Assembly (NCBI GenBank): GCA_002633005.1
Contig: NMRA01000196.1
Coordinates: 542,824 to 606,823, forward strand
Source: Phoronis australis
Lineage: Eukaryota; Animalia; Phoronida
Direction of reading: 5' to 3'
Length of the DNA: 64,000 bases
Part shown: piece after piece, positions 1 through 13,909 of the stretch
Numbering within the stretch: the stretch's first letter is position 1
How the letters are laid out: every line of letters starts with the position of its first letter
The notes under the pieces: model-generated
Databases searched by the model: none
What the model was told of the DNA's origin: nothing
Seen by the model: the letters and a program-made list of their open reading frames with translations, nothing else
Program-made: the position numbers and the translations under genes

Positions 1-389
1 AGATGAATCCTAGTGTGATTTTTTGATTCCGTCTGATTTTTTTCGTGGAATGGCTCTTATGTCCTTGTTTGACATGAAAATGAGTTTCAATTTGGAGTAT
101 AACTTCATTGTAAAGTCACTGAATTAATAAAAAGGTTAGCTTCATGCCAGTGCGATTATTATTTCCACTTAAATGTACTATTCGATTAAATGGGTGTACA
201 CATGTGCATCAATGCTGGCGGGAACAAGGCGGGTTGGGTCTGAATTTTTTTGGAAAATTTGGACCCTAGTTGTGGAGTCTTGTATAAAGCCCTGCTGACA
301 GATTTTGACACTTAAGGACAAATGCCTAGAGAAAATAGCATGATCTCTGATTTGCGTCGTGGACACAATCTTCCCTGTAATTGTTTTAG

Positions 390-567
390 GAGAATTGCGT
401 TACCTGATGCTACCTCTCTACGAACGCCTGGTGATGGGAAGTGCTATTAAGGTTTTGTGGGCGCTACAAGGTCCGACAATTCCTGCCAAGATGGAACAAC
501 ACCTGAAGTCTCTAGTATTGCAAACAGAAGCTCTTGAAGAATACAACGAAGCGGCTATTAAGATTTT
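390..567 (+). CDS. Probable internal exon of an unidentified host gene
   Basis: Acceptor ttgttttAG at 388-389 and donor GTAAGT at 568 bound an open frame ELRYLMLPLYERLVMGSAIKVLWALQGPTIPAKMEQHLKSLVLQTEALEEYNEAAIKI. A phase-compatible next exon may follow tctttcAG (619-694, ending TAG) after a 51-nt intron. No family recognised. Confidence 0.5.
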
Positions 568-1055
568 GTAAGTTAGGAGCTTGCAAGACTGAAGTCAGAA
601 ATTTCGTATTTCTTTCAGACACCGATTTCTGAGAAATAATTCATTTCACCTCAGCAAGGCACAGGGCCTCCAAAAATGTACCCATAATTGGTAGTTGCTC
701 AGCTGATTTTCATAAATTATTTTAGAACTGTGATGCGCTAACAATTACATGGCAAAAACGTTGTTCAGTAACTAATTGCGAAGTGGGAGATCAAGTCTCA
801 CAAATGACTGAGTATACGTCACAGTTCATGAAACAGTACAGCGGGATTCTGTAATACTAGTCATGTCACTGAGACTTAGAAGTATTGAAACATTGAGCAG
901 TACTCAAATTATTGTTGTGCAAAATATCCTTGTACTTTGATCTTCAGTTAACAAGGAGTGCGTTTAATGAACGTTGCTTTGCATTGGAACGGTAAAGCGG
1001 GATAAATAGTATAGAATGGAATATCATGACTTAATATTGCATTACTACTTGAACA

Positions 1056-1521
1056 CAACGGCATGCTTAGCTTCTGATCATCCCCGATACAACACATTAT
1101 AATACTAAAAGGTCTGGCGCTCGGGATTGGAATTCCACGGGTGATTTAATTCAGCCGTCCATATCAAACACAAATCTCAATAAATTTACACAAAATTGGG
1201 ATTCAACCAACCATGATCAACTGTTCTTTCTCCTGATAGCATTTACAGTATTCTGCTCCAGCCAATTCGCAACAAATTTGCGATCAAACACAAAATTTGC
1301 CCCAAAAGGCCGACACGTCGGAACTCCTGTACACGGGTCAAGTGAGTCGGTTCAAGGTCAAGTAAGGTTAAGTAAGTAACGGTAACCTTCCGTGATAAAC
1401 CGACAGTAGTTGTCATCCATCGGTAACTGACGTCTGAAGTGAAGCACCCGGCCATGGAATTCCTACCCCGAGTGCCAGGCCTTTTAGTATAGGGGACTAT
1501 CAGAAGCTGAGGACGCCTGTG
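1056..1521. mobile_element. Non-autonomous TIR element with 8-bp TSD (P-element or hAT type), copy 1
   Basis: Right end CAGAAGCTGAGGACGCCTGTG is an inverted match to the degenerate left end caacggcatgcttagcttctg. Perfect TSD CTTGAACA at 1048-1055 and 1522-1529. Homologous to 22945-23602. Confidence 0.7.
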
Positions 1522-1845
1522 CTTGAACATAGGTCAGGTTCACTTGTCGATGTTTGGCACACTTCACGGGTAATCTCGCGCCGCTGGACACGTGAGCTGG
1601 AGGATGGGTTACACTTCATGGGCGGCAACCAGTGTAAAGACCAGGTAATACAGACTCGCTTGATTGGTCTTGCAACTGGAACCACGGACTGTCGGCAGGA
1701 ATGGCTCACCTTCACATTGGAAGGAGGGGGCATAAAATGGAAAAGTTGGATAGCAATAGGAAAGACAGGGTTATGACAGAATGGATAGACCCCAACGGGC
1801 TCTTTTCGAAAAAGTTGTGGGGTCTCTTTCGTTAACTTGTATTGC

Positions 1846-2843
1846 CATTGGCGCATCTAGGATATCACAAGGGGGGCCCAACATTTTGTCCGGCTGTAAG
1901 AATTTGCGTCAACCACGATTGTAGATGCGTATAGCACCGAATGGGGGAGGTCGGGAGGGGGGTTTGCCCCCCTTCCGCCCAGGAAATTTTTCTGTTTTTT
2001 CCTCTAAAAATCAAGCATTTTCCTTGATTCCTGAAGTATTATCCAAGAAAAAAGCAAAAAAAAAAAAAAAAAACAGGAACGTGTCAAACAGGAAAAACCG
2101 CAAGTTCCACAGACTCACGACCTGGCGGATAGAGCGCGCGTGCTTTACCACTACACCACCACGATTTAACTACTAATGTTTTACTAAGAGACCTACCTGT
2201 TTACGGTCCACAGCGTTTGCGCGCGAAACCTACTTCTTTTTGTAATGCTTATTACATATTTTATATTTTCTGCAATCGATTCTTAACAAATTTGTTGTAT
2301 TTAAAATAGTCTTCAAATGCCCAAAAGACCAAATCTGTTTTTCGTGTTGGCAATAATGACGGCATTGCTTTTGCAATCGTCTAAAGTTAAGGTTTGACAA
2401 AGAGAGAATAATGAGTTTCTGAGTGATTCACTAAGGCTTCGATTATAATTCACATCTTACCAACAGCTTCTGTTTTTTTCATCGTTACTCAGATTCCATT
2501 TTCTTTAAAAAATGAATCAAATTTTCTTCATAGCACAGTGGAGCAGGCGACGGAAACGGGGTCGTAGTGCGCAGCGCCACTGCCGCTCTCCTTGGATATC
2601 GCTGAAGAGCCTATACTTAGCCATAGATCCGTTACGAATGCGCTGTGTTCCGAATTTGACACTTGAAATTGGATCTGAGCTCCCCCTAAACACTAAAACT
2701 GCACACATTTAAATTTGTTTCATCCGTATAATTTTAATTACCGGGGTTAATTAGCAAACTCAACATTTCCCTACGCTCTTGCTGTTTTAATTTTTGCGGC
2801 AGCCAAGGGGGGGGAGGGCCCGGGCCCCCTAAATCCGCCTATG
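1846..2843 (-). mobile_element. hAT5-like non-autonomous DNA transposon (5-bp TSD), family A copy 1
   Basis: Ends CATTGGCGCATCTAG...CTAAATCCGCCTATG. TSD ATTGC at 1841-1845 and 2844-2848. Collinear, in reverse orientation, with the copies at 17810 and 18998. 5-bp TSDs with CA..TG ends fit the hAT5 group (inference). Confidence 0.8.
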
Positions 2844-5039
2844 ATTGCAGTCCGCAATACCCTCATTCAGCCATAGGCTTTTAAGGTTTTCGTAAGTACT
2901 TAAAACGAATGCACCCAGATGCGGTGCTTTCTAGCGTTTTCTGGACTTAAGTCCAAGTATTATGCAAATATTTTTCGTACTTAGACATTAAAAAAGAAGA
3001 AATGCAATGAGTGCTTTCCTTATGGTTAACTTCGTTAATATAACAAAAGTCAGGGGGACGTGGCGCTTCTGTTGATTAGTGGTAAATTTGATATTTTAAT
3101 GATGCAAATTATTGGCATCTTGCCTCATTGCTACGTAACAGAAATACACCCGTATCCTGAAAGATCCCAAGGGGGTTTTCGCGAACTTTGTTTCCGAAAA
3201 GGCTCCCATTGGGCATTCTCTGAGAATTCCGTTGTACATTCCTTTAGAAGTCGTAGAAGCAAACGATTGAACTATGCCTGAGAGTATTTCCGATCCTTTC
3301 AATGAACTCTACAATCTGACTGTTATTACAACACGAAAATTTGAATGAAAACAGGACCTCCTAATTAATTGAAACAAGAGTGTGTCTATTTAAAGGTAAA
3401 ACGTGTGCCGAATTCTAATAAAAGTTTACGTTTACATGTAAGTGTGACGTTATAAATTGGTCTGTCACCGATTGGGTGCTCTCCTCTAGGAGTAATCAGC
3501 GGTAAGTACTGTTTCTGCCGCCGTAACCACACAAACTGTCATATTGAATAATCCCGTGCGACTCTACAGTCTGTATATCGTTTACTGAATTATCTTGTTT
3601 TGTGTTTCAGCATATTCAGCTGATACTGAACTACATGTGTAACCGATATATGAATTTTTCTAAAAACTCATGCTGTGCCAACGAACCCTTGAAACGCGGA
3701 CTTAGACCTAAGACATGTGCGTAGCAGCAAAAGCTCATTGTCTCCATATAACAGTATGAGATCACGGGGTTCGTACGTACATGTATGAACACGTATCACA
3801 TTCTCTTTATTATAACACAAACAGTGGGATGCCATTATCCAGGAAAGAGTGTTGTGAATTGGAAAACATTAACGGAAACACTGCATGTCTGCCGTTTAAT
3901 CAACTTGGGAGCGATTTGTGAAGAAGGAACCGCGGCGGAACTAGTGGGTATATTAAATTGAACATCCGTTCAAGATAAGGGTCTATAGTGGCTCCGTCTG
4001 ACGTGTGGTCTCCTGTGTTGTGCCACAGCTGTCAATTGAACTAACTATTACGTCACGTCATAGAACTAAAGGAACTGGCATGCCACATCTGACGCAAATA
4101 CGCCCGCCCTCCAGTGTGGAACGCGCCTAACTTCGCGTTGTGACGCGTCATTTGGACTCATCCGAATTCATTAAGGAACCTCAAGGTTAACTCAAAAAGT
4201 ACATGTAGTCTCCTGTACAGAGCCACGAGATTGGTTGGGGTCTGCTACAAGGCACTTTTCCATCCGCATTCTTGGAATATCATTGGCTGTTCCGATTTCA
4301 AGAAACAAGGCATTTTATTGGCCAGTTGTATAATACGTCAAACTAGTTCACCAACATGGGACTTCCAGTGAAAGAATGTCGATGGATTTACCGTTGTTTA
4401 AATCTCTCTGTTTTGATCGAACTCCCGCATTTCAAAGCTAACGAGTCAAGGAATACATCATCAGTAACGTATACGAAACATTTTATGATAATTGTCTTGT
4501 ATACTAGCATTACCTGCCATTACCATTACCCCACTACTAGGCCACTCACAACAACAGTCCTTTTAGGCGTCTATAGCACCGAAGAGTGGGAAAGGACTAG
4601 CTGAGTGCGTCGCGGCCACGGGATATTGTTTTGATATTTTCAGAGCACACCCTCTCGTATGTTAACATGTTCGTGTGCGTTATATAAGCTCCCGTGAATG
4701 CCGTGAAGGTTGAACTAGTGGGTCAGATAAGGATACATGCTGTCATTGTCATATAGGCCTAATACACTGGCACACTTGTCACTTCTAACAGAAGATAGGA
4801 GCATAAAAATACAGTCAATGGTCCTGAACACGCAAACGTTAACCAGTCTAGCAATAGTTTTATATTGACTGATATAATCGCTTTTGGCGGTGCCATTCAG
4901 CATTGCGTTTGACAGCCATCGTACAGTCATGCGGAGTATTCAATTATTTCGGAGTTTTTTTGTTGCTGTGAAATTATGATTATACCCACTCTTTTCTATA
5001 ATCAGCAAGATAAAACCCCACCCTTTTGTAAGTTGGCAC

Positions 5040-8000
5040 AGTCATTAAAACTGACCCATTTAGGTGAGAGCCTCAATGAAAGAGTCAACTTTTCTGATAA
5101 AATAATTAAGCAAATTTATTATTTACAGGGAATTGAATTTTATCAAGAAGCTCTCTGGGCTGTATTCTTTTTAACACAACAAGCCTCAGTTGTATATGAA
5201 ACCTTCAGTTGTTTTGATGGAAAAATGGATCATGTTATACATTTCCAACCAAAAAGTAAATATTTTTGTGTGAAATTTATTTAGAAATTCCCCCTTTCAT
5301 GGTGACTTTTGCAATGAGTGAGTCTCTGGTCAGAGTGGCACATTTGGTTATATGCAATCTGTACAAGTCTCCTCTCTCTCTTGGACCCCGACTATAGTTG
5401 AGTCGAAAAATGGCCCTCCGTGCACCCCCCGGACTTCCAATTTTTAAGTTGCATTTTTGCAAGGAAAAATGTGTGAAAACCAAAAGAAGATGTTAACAAG
5501 CCGAAAAAGTGTCCCACGTGCGTTTTTATGCAAATTAGTGCCGCCATTAACGATTTTTCATTGTTTGATGATATCTTACTTTCTTGTTCTTGTAAATGAA
5601 TAAATCAAGTGTCAAAACCGATATTTTGAGGGTCAAGCATTATGATGGAATAATTTTCTTCATATTCTATTACATCTAATTTGTATTATACGGTTACTAA
5701 CTATCAATACTACACTTAAAGTGTACATAAGTCGATATAAACGCTGCATGTGCAACTTTCAGTGTTTATATAATCTGCTCTCTAATGAGCCAAATTTCAA
5801 CAAATGTTTTAAATGTGTAAAGGAAAAACGCGGGGAAATATCTGCAGAAATATGGACAATTATTAGGTGTTGATGCCAGTGACTACATGTTCGAACACAC
5901 CATGTCACTTTCATTGCTTTCCGTGAAGCTTCCATACAGCCCTCCACTTTCCTCTTCTGTGTCTACTTCACAAACATTGGTAAGCAAGAAATCAATCAGT
6001 AAGTTTGGTAAGATAGGACAACACAACCACACAGGTTGTAACACTCTTTCGCCAGTCTGCATCCACCCTTGTCCTTCGGCCCAAGGTTTTGTCTTCTCAT
6101 TTATGGGTTCGCAAGCACTCTTGTACAAGGTGATACGGTGATTTACTCGTTGGATGTGAGGTTTCTGTTTAGACTGGCACGAGGGAAGTCGAGCAAGGTC
6201 ATTCTTGGACTTGTGAGGAATTCATCTTCACCAACCCTTTGACGTAACATCTTGGCACGAGTAGCATCTATCGATGACTCACGACTCTGACCGCACATGA
6301 GGCAGTAGAACTCTTCCAACTTACCTCCCAATCAAGGTCACGTTGCCTGAATGCACGGTAAAATTTTGGATTCTTTTCTTTCTTTTTAAGGGGGCCAACC
6401 TTTCCTTTACGTTTAAATGCACTGGTGCAGTCTTCTCCAGTGTATACATAAAATCCAAGTAGGGCTTCCACAGTAGTCTTTTCCCAAGGATTTTGCAAGG
6501 TCGGAGAGATTCAGTTGTATCTAGATATAAAGTCAACTTTATAGCATGTCAGCAGCAAAATGACAAAGACATCAGAGTCAGGGATTCTGACGACGTCGTT
6601 TCTGTACCCAAGTGAGGCAGCGTACTGGAGGTACGAAACAATTCTTAAGTCAGGCTTTTATTGGTTACTGTAGATATATGGGATCTCCTGAGTATGAGCC
6701 GGAGACATCAAATCACTTTTATTATTACATTATGACATCTCAAATTAGTTAAGTAAGAAATAATTAGAAAGCTCTGTTCAGAAAAAAGAATATAAACTTC
6801 ATCGCCATCGGATGCCCGTCTACAATCACGATGGCCATCTCGGTCTTCTTCTACCTGGAAACTGCCTTCTCACCACTCCAGACTTGCAGTAACAGTTGGC
6901 AGAGTTGCTTTTTGTTGTCATCGTTTGCAAGAAAAGTTTTGAAGTCATACGGCTTATGTGTAGCTGGTCCACCCAAAATTATTTTCTCTGAACTGTCACG
7001 TCACTACCGCTCCTGGGCTTTGATAGATTCAGGGTGGAAGCTGTCAGTTGAGAACAAGAAGTACTTCTTCGACACCGTTTGATCAAGTACTTGTAAACAG
7101 ACATTACCACATGTTGGAGGAGATTAGCTAACGTGTGAAAAAGAGCAAAACCATCTTGGATGAACAGAACATCCTCAGGAGAATGAAAGTCTTCTGGCGC
7201 AATGTCGTTCAGAAGATAATGCGAAATGGAGGTTTTGTTGGCCTTGGAAAAATACCTGTTGTTCCAATACTTAAGGGGCACGGGTATCAGACAATTTCAT
7301 GACTTCTAGCATGTTGCTCACCCAGTGTCTGGGATTTAACGGATTGTTCTAAAACCCCTTCGACCCCCACAACCCCCTCGAACCACAACCCTCACGACCC
7401 ACAACCTCCACGACCCACAACCTGTGGCAATAGATGCATCTGCGCTTTTCGTATTACGTCTAGGAGTGAATTTCCCATAGGACTTACCTACACGAAAATC
7501 TGATAAGCTCACGTCTGATGGCTAATAAAGAAAGTGACGTAAGAACATGATCTGATATAGCCGATTGTGAGCGTGCTATTGTTGCCATGGAAATAGTTCC
7601 ACGAGTAGCTACCAATGGCCTTGTTCTTCTAAATTAAGGAGATACATGTAGTACGTTAACGTAATGCAAATAATTTCACACTTTTGTAACAGAGCAAGTC
7701 TCCACTGAACCTCAAAATATGTATTTTCTCTCATCAGGCATTCGTTTCAGTTCAATTTGCACATGATAACGATCGACTTTCCATGAAAGCAAAAGAAGGA
7801 AAACACCCTTCTCCTAAGCCTGTCGCTAGCGAAGTGCCCGACACATACAGTCGCGCCCACATGCCCACGTAACAAAGGCGCACTGAGACGCAACAAAGAC
7901 ATTAGCATAAGAATAACAGAACATTTGCAACTAAATAAGAATAACAATAAGCGTAAAGTTACGAACGTCCCGTCACACTTTATTATTTGTTTTCTGTTGT

Positions 8001-9320
8001 ATACTCGTTTAAAATATACTACATGAAACGTTGAGATACTTTTTAGTTAACAGTTTGTTTTTCAAAAATGTATTTACTGAAGAAATTACAATTTCTTGGG
8101 TTCCTCACAGTCTCCAAAAATCTTGAATCCGCCATAAACTGAACAGCAGAAGATACGATTAAACTCTGCGGGGAACAACGTTTGTAGCGTTGGTTGGTCT
8201 TTGATTTGATTTGGTCGAGTTTGTTTTGGCTTTCAAATCGACTTTCTTAATTGCAAAAAAAACAGAAAAAAGGCAGTCGAGCTCACGGCCAGACTACATG
8301 GTCCTGTTAGCGCTTGTTTTATGTTCAGGTCGAATCTAGCTTGTTAAAACTGGGTCGAGGAAGTCGAGGGGATATTCAGTAGTGTGCGGGTAGAAGGTGT
8401 GTTAGAACAATCCGGATTTAACAGGATCGTGAATATGGGACAGTTCTCGGCTTGATACTGGGCAACCTATAACAAAACGATATACCTCACACGCTAGTGG
8501 AGAAATGAAATGAAAATTTAAATAAAAGTACGTAACTTAACACGTTAATTCATATTATTACCTTTCCTTGTTAAGATGGCTGCCATCTTTGGTTTCAGTT
8601 TTGCTGCAGAAAATGCACTCATGTGGGAAAACGAGCACGATGGTGCACGATATTGATAGTTTAAAGGGGCGAATGGTGCACTTCGGAGCTTCGTGCCTCT
8701 GGGCCTTCACTGTCCGCCAAGCGGTGATATGTGGCAATGAAATGTTAATAGCTTTATCTGTGATAACCCATTTCCCAATTCACTTGGAAGAACAGATGGA
8801 ATCTGATCACACACTGACTGCATCCAACGTGGAGGATCATATGGCTTTTGGACACGTTTGTCCCGAATTTCATGAAGCTGCTGCAGTTTTTCACTTGCTT
8901 CCTTGGACATAGCTTAAGATTGTTAAGTCGCCATGTTCTTTTATACAGTCTAAATGGAGAATGGGTATGGGTAGGGAGTGTTTTTGTTGTCAGTAGAAAA
9001 GCTTCGACCACATTGTTTTCTTATAAGGGATGATTTTTGCCTTTTCGTGGATAGTTGCTTTTCGGCGTAGTGGGGCACATCCCTCGCAAGAGCAGCAAAA
9101 CTTCTGCGTTCTTTTTGAATCACGGGGTAAGTTTGAAGTGTATAAGGACATAACGGTGAGGCTCGTGGTCCGTTACAAATTCAGGCTGTCGGATCTTTCA
9201 ATTGATCAATTGGAGACGTTAGAACTGTAGGTAAGGGCATTTTTCGCATGTAGTTCATGGGCTGGGCGCTTACTTTAGCAAAGTCTGAAAACGCGTTGGG
9301 GCACTTGTTGAGCCATGGGC
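5040..9320 (-). pseudogene. Decayed Academ (AcademX-type) transposon gene with XPG/PIN-like nuclease region
   Basis: Frameshifted minus-strand motifs in the expected order: YHRxxY (~8760), FIQDGFALFH, SIKAQER, FLANDDNKKQL, DLRIV..VVRIPDSDVFVILL, ALLGFYVYTGEDCTSAFKRKGK, LPSC..HIQRVNHR..YKSA..PWAEGQGW..PVW. The DDE core appears to be missing. Interrupted by a MULE MITE. Ends unresolved. Confidence 0.7.
7341..8413. mobile_element. Mutator/MULE-like MITE, copy 1, inserted in the Academ relic
   Basis: TIR GGATTGTTCTAA...TTAGAACAATCC, perfect 9-bp TSD GGATTTAAC (7332-7340, 8414-8422), subterminal cgacccacaacc repeats. Confidence 0.85.
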
Positions 9321-10299
9321 GCTAATTAGGGCGAATAGCGGCANTGGACAAACCAGCTGGTTGTGTTTGATTTAATTTCTGGAGAATGGTCAAACCCTTG
9401 CATCAAGGTAAAAAAAGTTTTACCATTTCAAAACATAATGTAATCAAGTAATTAAGTCCAAAAATAGCGCAATTGGTTCTGGTCAAAGCCTCAGTCATTT
9501 GAAAAGCTGCACTGTCTGCCTTTGACTTTAGTTGCCGGCTCATTTGCCTATAATTCAAGATTTAATGAGCTTAGCAATGTTTTTAAACCCCAAATCAATT
9601 CGGTTAAGAAACCAACATTGACGCCTAAAATCGGCCGACTGCAGCTTTTTCATTTAAGAATGATCACGTAGCCTACCTATACCTGTTGATTCTGTGAGAT
9701 GTTTTACGATCAAAAGGTATTTATTTACCACTTTGCATATACGTTTATGCTTGTGGCTGATCACATTTACCACAAAACATAAACGACGAGGGGTGAGGCA
9801 AAATCTGGGAAGATTCCTGTACTGCCTGTGAAATATGACTGTTCAGAGGCGCTCAGTTTTGTGACTTAAAATTCATACTTATTCTATTAAATATTATTGC
9901 TGGAAGAGTACATTAAATAATTGTTTATCAGAAAAGCATTGTTCGTTAAAGTCCCTATAAAATGAGCCAACTGTCTTTTAGATATGTTAAATACATGTAC
10001 TTTTGTGCAACATATCTTTGTTTCGTTTTATTCCACACAACCACTAACTAATTACTACGCATTTTGTGCCTCCCATATTATGTGCCCCCATCAGAAACCC
10101 CTTTTATTCTCTCGACGAATCACAGTAGACTGGCCTATTGACATCATCGTTGAGAACGAGCAACACATTACCGCGCTAACCACAACCTGTAGTGAGCACC
10201 TGATCGGCTGCTGGGACAGTAAAAAACAAAGTAGTTTGCTCAAGGAACGTCACCAGTTAGAAACATCGCCGACGTTAAGCATCAATGTCGACTGATAAT

Positions 10300-13200
10300 G
10301 CCATATTACTAAGCAAAACAATGGTGTCAGGCAAAGCACCCTTCGAACCGAACAGCGGCGTAGATCTCGGATAGGGCCTTCTATCGATTCACACACGACC
10401 CACGACGAACCAATTTTTCGAAGTATTTGCACCCACGTAAAAGGTTCTACAACAGCTACGTTTCGTACTGAATCTGACAATGGCAAACTTACCGAGCTCT
10501 GTGGTGGAAAAATACTTATTTTTCACGTAAGATGTCTTGATTATCCATTAACAATATCCTCGGCAATAAATCACAGCGACATGGTCGGTATCATTTTATA
10601 CGATCGTGGCTCAGAAATGTCGTCAATTAACGGTGTGGGTGAATGTTGCCTACGTCTCGTTTTTATCGCAAAAAAAACAAACGTAAACATGACAACCCTT
10701 GACTGTTACTTGCCAAACGACGGTCACAACTTGTCTTGCATCAGAGCAAAAATAAGCCGACAACAAATTCTCAAGCCCTCTTTTCTGGGACAGCACGTGC
10801 GACATATATATGAGTCATCTGTCACTCAAATGTTGCAGCCAATGTATTACGTACTAAAGCGGTGGGAATGTAGAGGTGCACACCTCCCAAGTCGCACTGG
10901 CTTGGCTCGATTAAGTGCTTGGGTGTTGCATATACTTGAATGCAAGTGACCATAAGATAGCGCTGATTCAACTTGAGTCTTGTGGCACATTCTTTGAAAT
11001 TAACATCGGGAAAGAGTGTACTTACAAACCCCGCACGAGAACGTCGGGCAGTACGGGTTTGGGTACACTTTGGAGGCACGCACTGAAAAAAGTGTGCAGT
11101 CAGCATGTCGATGGGTTGTGCTATGACGGGAACGGCGTATTTCCCTGACTTCAAAGTATAAAATGCCTTGTGCAATTGGTCTTTCAAATCGAACAATAGT
11201 TTAAATATGACAACCTATTCGCAGCGCTAACTTTGTCCTTTTTGCTCAATACTTGTTTCCACCCCAATCGCTTAGATTTTCCTGCAGGTCTCACTATTCG
11301 GCGTGCAGCTAGCTGCGTCGGTTACGGGTTAAGTTTCGTATGCCTTGTGTAAAATGCCGTTGTCTTCAAATGACGGTCCATAGCGAGTTCCGTGACAATT
11401 GGCTGGTAAGTTTCCCCTTCTGTTTCACTTTACTCGGATTCCTCTGACTTTTAACATACACGGCGCTAATCCATCCAAACGTTGTTTCTACATTTTCTTA
11501 TTCTTCCATTTCGCAGTGCTTTTCATTGAACGTCCGTCCATTGCAAGGTATTATTAATACATTTCTAACCCAAGTGCGAAAAGTCTCGGGTCATTCTTTC
11601 GCTTCGTTAAGATGTGTAACGCCGACTTACTCCCCGACATAATCCCATAATTATCACGGAGCGACTACCAACAAATTAATTCTCCGGTACACGCATTCCG
11701 CCAGGATGTCGCCGTGGGTCCGACAAATCTCCATTCACTGCAAACCTGTCCCCCAATGCACGCAGGGACCCTGTTCGTTAAATCTGTTCGTTAAACCCCG
11801 ACGTCTTTGTGAATAAGCATTTGATGTTAGACTGAGTAAGTGGTCCCCACCGAGAACGCGCTACTGTCTTCGGCGACGCTAAACTACTGATCAAGGGGCA
11901 GTGAGTTGTAGGATGTTACATGCACGTGGAAGTGTCGAGATAAGTGTCGCATAGTATTTGAGCTTGGTTGTCTCTAACAGTTGTAATTTTGAAAATCTGT
12001 GAAATATGCAACAGACACCGTAAGGTAAGCTTCCTGTGGCAACGGACTGTTCGATACGTCTTGGGTACCAACGATGACGTCATTTGCGTCGATTAGAACG
12101 AGCGTCACCTAAAGTTTTTTTTTCGGCGCTAAATGGGGTTCATGATGGGGTCGTACTGTAGTAATTGGCGTAATTAGCTAATGCCAGGAGTAAAGGGAGG
12201 GATGATACGTTTGTGTCGATCAATGATACAGATATTTAACATTTCCAAAAGTCATTTGGCCGTTTATATGTAGGGTCTTTAATGCAACTAGTTGTTTTTA
12301 TATTGATGAGGGCTACCGCTGTGTACCCTAGTGGCATGCCAGTTTAGTTGTTGCGTTGGCCTCCGGACCTTCAGAGCTCCTTCGATGTTTTTTTTCCATA
12401 AACTTTCACGAACAGCAACTTTCTAATTCTGGTTGAAGTCCAGGTATTTTGCGCCAAGTAGTCAGTGGTCATTTTTTCACTTTCGAGTATGCTTTGTCGT
12501 TTGCTTCTGTATCCGCCAAACCGCTTAGAGGATCAATATACATGTAACAATTGACAGATGTGTTCCTACTGTCAACTGAGTACTACTACCGAGGGTTTTC
12601 ATACAGATCCAACTATTGCGGTGCCCCTTAGTGACGATTTTGGTATAGATCTGCAGCTGCACCACCTAAAGTGGCAAGTGTATTTCGATTAGCTTTTCAA
12701 CGGTTTCGATTACCGCTGTGCCTCCTGGTTTTTTTACGATTGCCTCTCTTTCTTTGGAGTTCCGCGAAGGATTTTTAATATGCAATGTGACAAATAATTT
12801 TGTACTAGAAAGACGAAGACGCCTTCCCAATTTTAAACGGGTGCTACGTATTCTACACCATAGTTCTACTTGCTTTTTTATCATACTAACCATTTAGCCT
12901 CTTTACACCATATGTGATCCAAGTGTGATTTTGGATGAGTTTTGCTCTATCAGCCATTATCGATTTCAAGGACGACGGCTGGCTTTCGTCAATTCTGTCA
13001 ATTTTTACAGTTCGTTAAATCCATTTTAAAGATCTCGATCGATGCCAGAGAACGTGTACTTTGTCGACAACAGTACCACAATGCATTAGAAAAAACATCA
13101 GCGCCACTAGTGAGTAAGTCTTGAGGTAGGTAAAATCCCTGAATTAATCAAATACCACGCTAGTCATACTGTCAGGCACACGTGTGTTCACATCAACGCT

Positions 13201-13300
13201 GCAAACAAAAAGGTTGTTACAGCGACGAGTTTTGAATCCGAAGAATGTTTAAACACCTCGTCATCGTTTTCATTAGCGTCGCTAGTACTCTATTTCCAGG
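10300..13300 (-). pseudogene. Highly decayed Gypsy-type pol relic (PR-RT-RH-IN order)
   Basis: Degenerate minus-strand motifs: LLTSGADV (protease DSG-like, ~13100), GAKYLD..KKT..GMPLG (RT, ~12330-12460), NLLVVA..WDYV (RNase H, ~11650), integrase-like tail (~10850-11050). Many stops; no LTRs seen. Confidence 0.45.
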
Positions 13301-13590
13301 TAAACAAAGATTTTCATGATATTTAGGGAGCCTTTGCTTTTTCAAAAAATGAGAATAACCAAATCTACTTCTTAACCACCCAGTCGAACAGTAGACTGAA
13401 CTTTTATCTGTCTGTTAGAAAAAAGACTAGGGTGAGGTGAGCAAGGCGCACCTCAACTTTTTACGGACGGACGGGAATCAAATTGATTATTTTTGCTATT
13501 GTATTTTGGGGAATTGATTTTTTCAAAGCAGTCCGATTTTCCATTGACCAGATGACAAAAAGTAGACTTCACATAATTCGTCGTTCAAGT

Positions 13591-13720
13591 TGCATCTAAG
13601 GGGAGGAGTACAAGGGGTCATCACTGAGTCATGAGGAAGAATTGCCAGGAATGGACAACTATATTTCCTTATATTAAAGCGGCTATTACGTAATCCTGGT
13701 TCCTTCAAAGAAACGAGCTT
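13591..13720 (+). pseudogene. Decayed kringle-like exon
   Basis: Across a stop and frameshifts: C-I-*-GEEYKG, NCQEW (13640-13654) and Y.RNPG (13684-13700), matching the kringle pattern C..G..YRG..T.SG..CQ.W..YCRNP. Confidence 0.4.
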
Positions 13721-13909
13721 AAAATTGAGAGCACGTACCACCATATGTATAGGATACATGTCTTTTCTTATGAGAAGTGATTTGGGAGTTTACAAGGCAC
13801 TGGCGATTCGTCATTCATACTGCGATCTAGCCAGCGTGTTAGCTCTATGAAGACTATAATAGTTAGGAACCGCTTTGAGTCGATAAACCATCCCTTAACT
13901 GTTGGAAGT

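Noticed and set aside
4590-4720. Helitron-like 3' end (..CTAGT)
   Set aside because: Subterminal hairpin is too degenerate and there is no second copy.
9915-9985. Right TIR of the Academ relic matching 5045-5110
   Set aside because: Only a short TTTATCAGAAAAG inverted match; no terminus or TSD identifiable.
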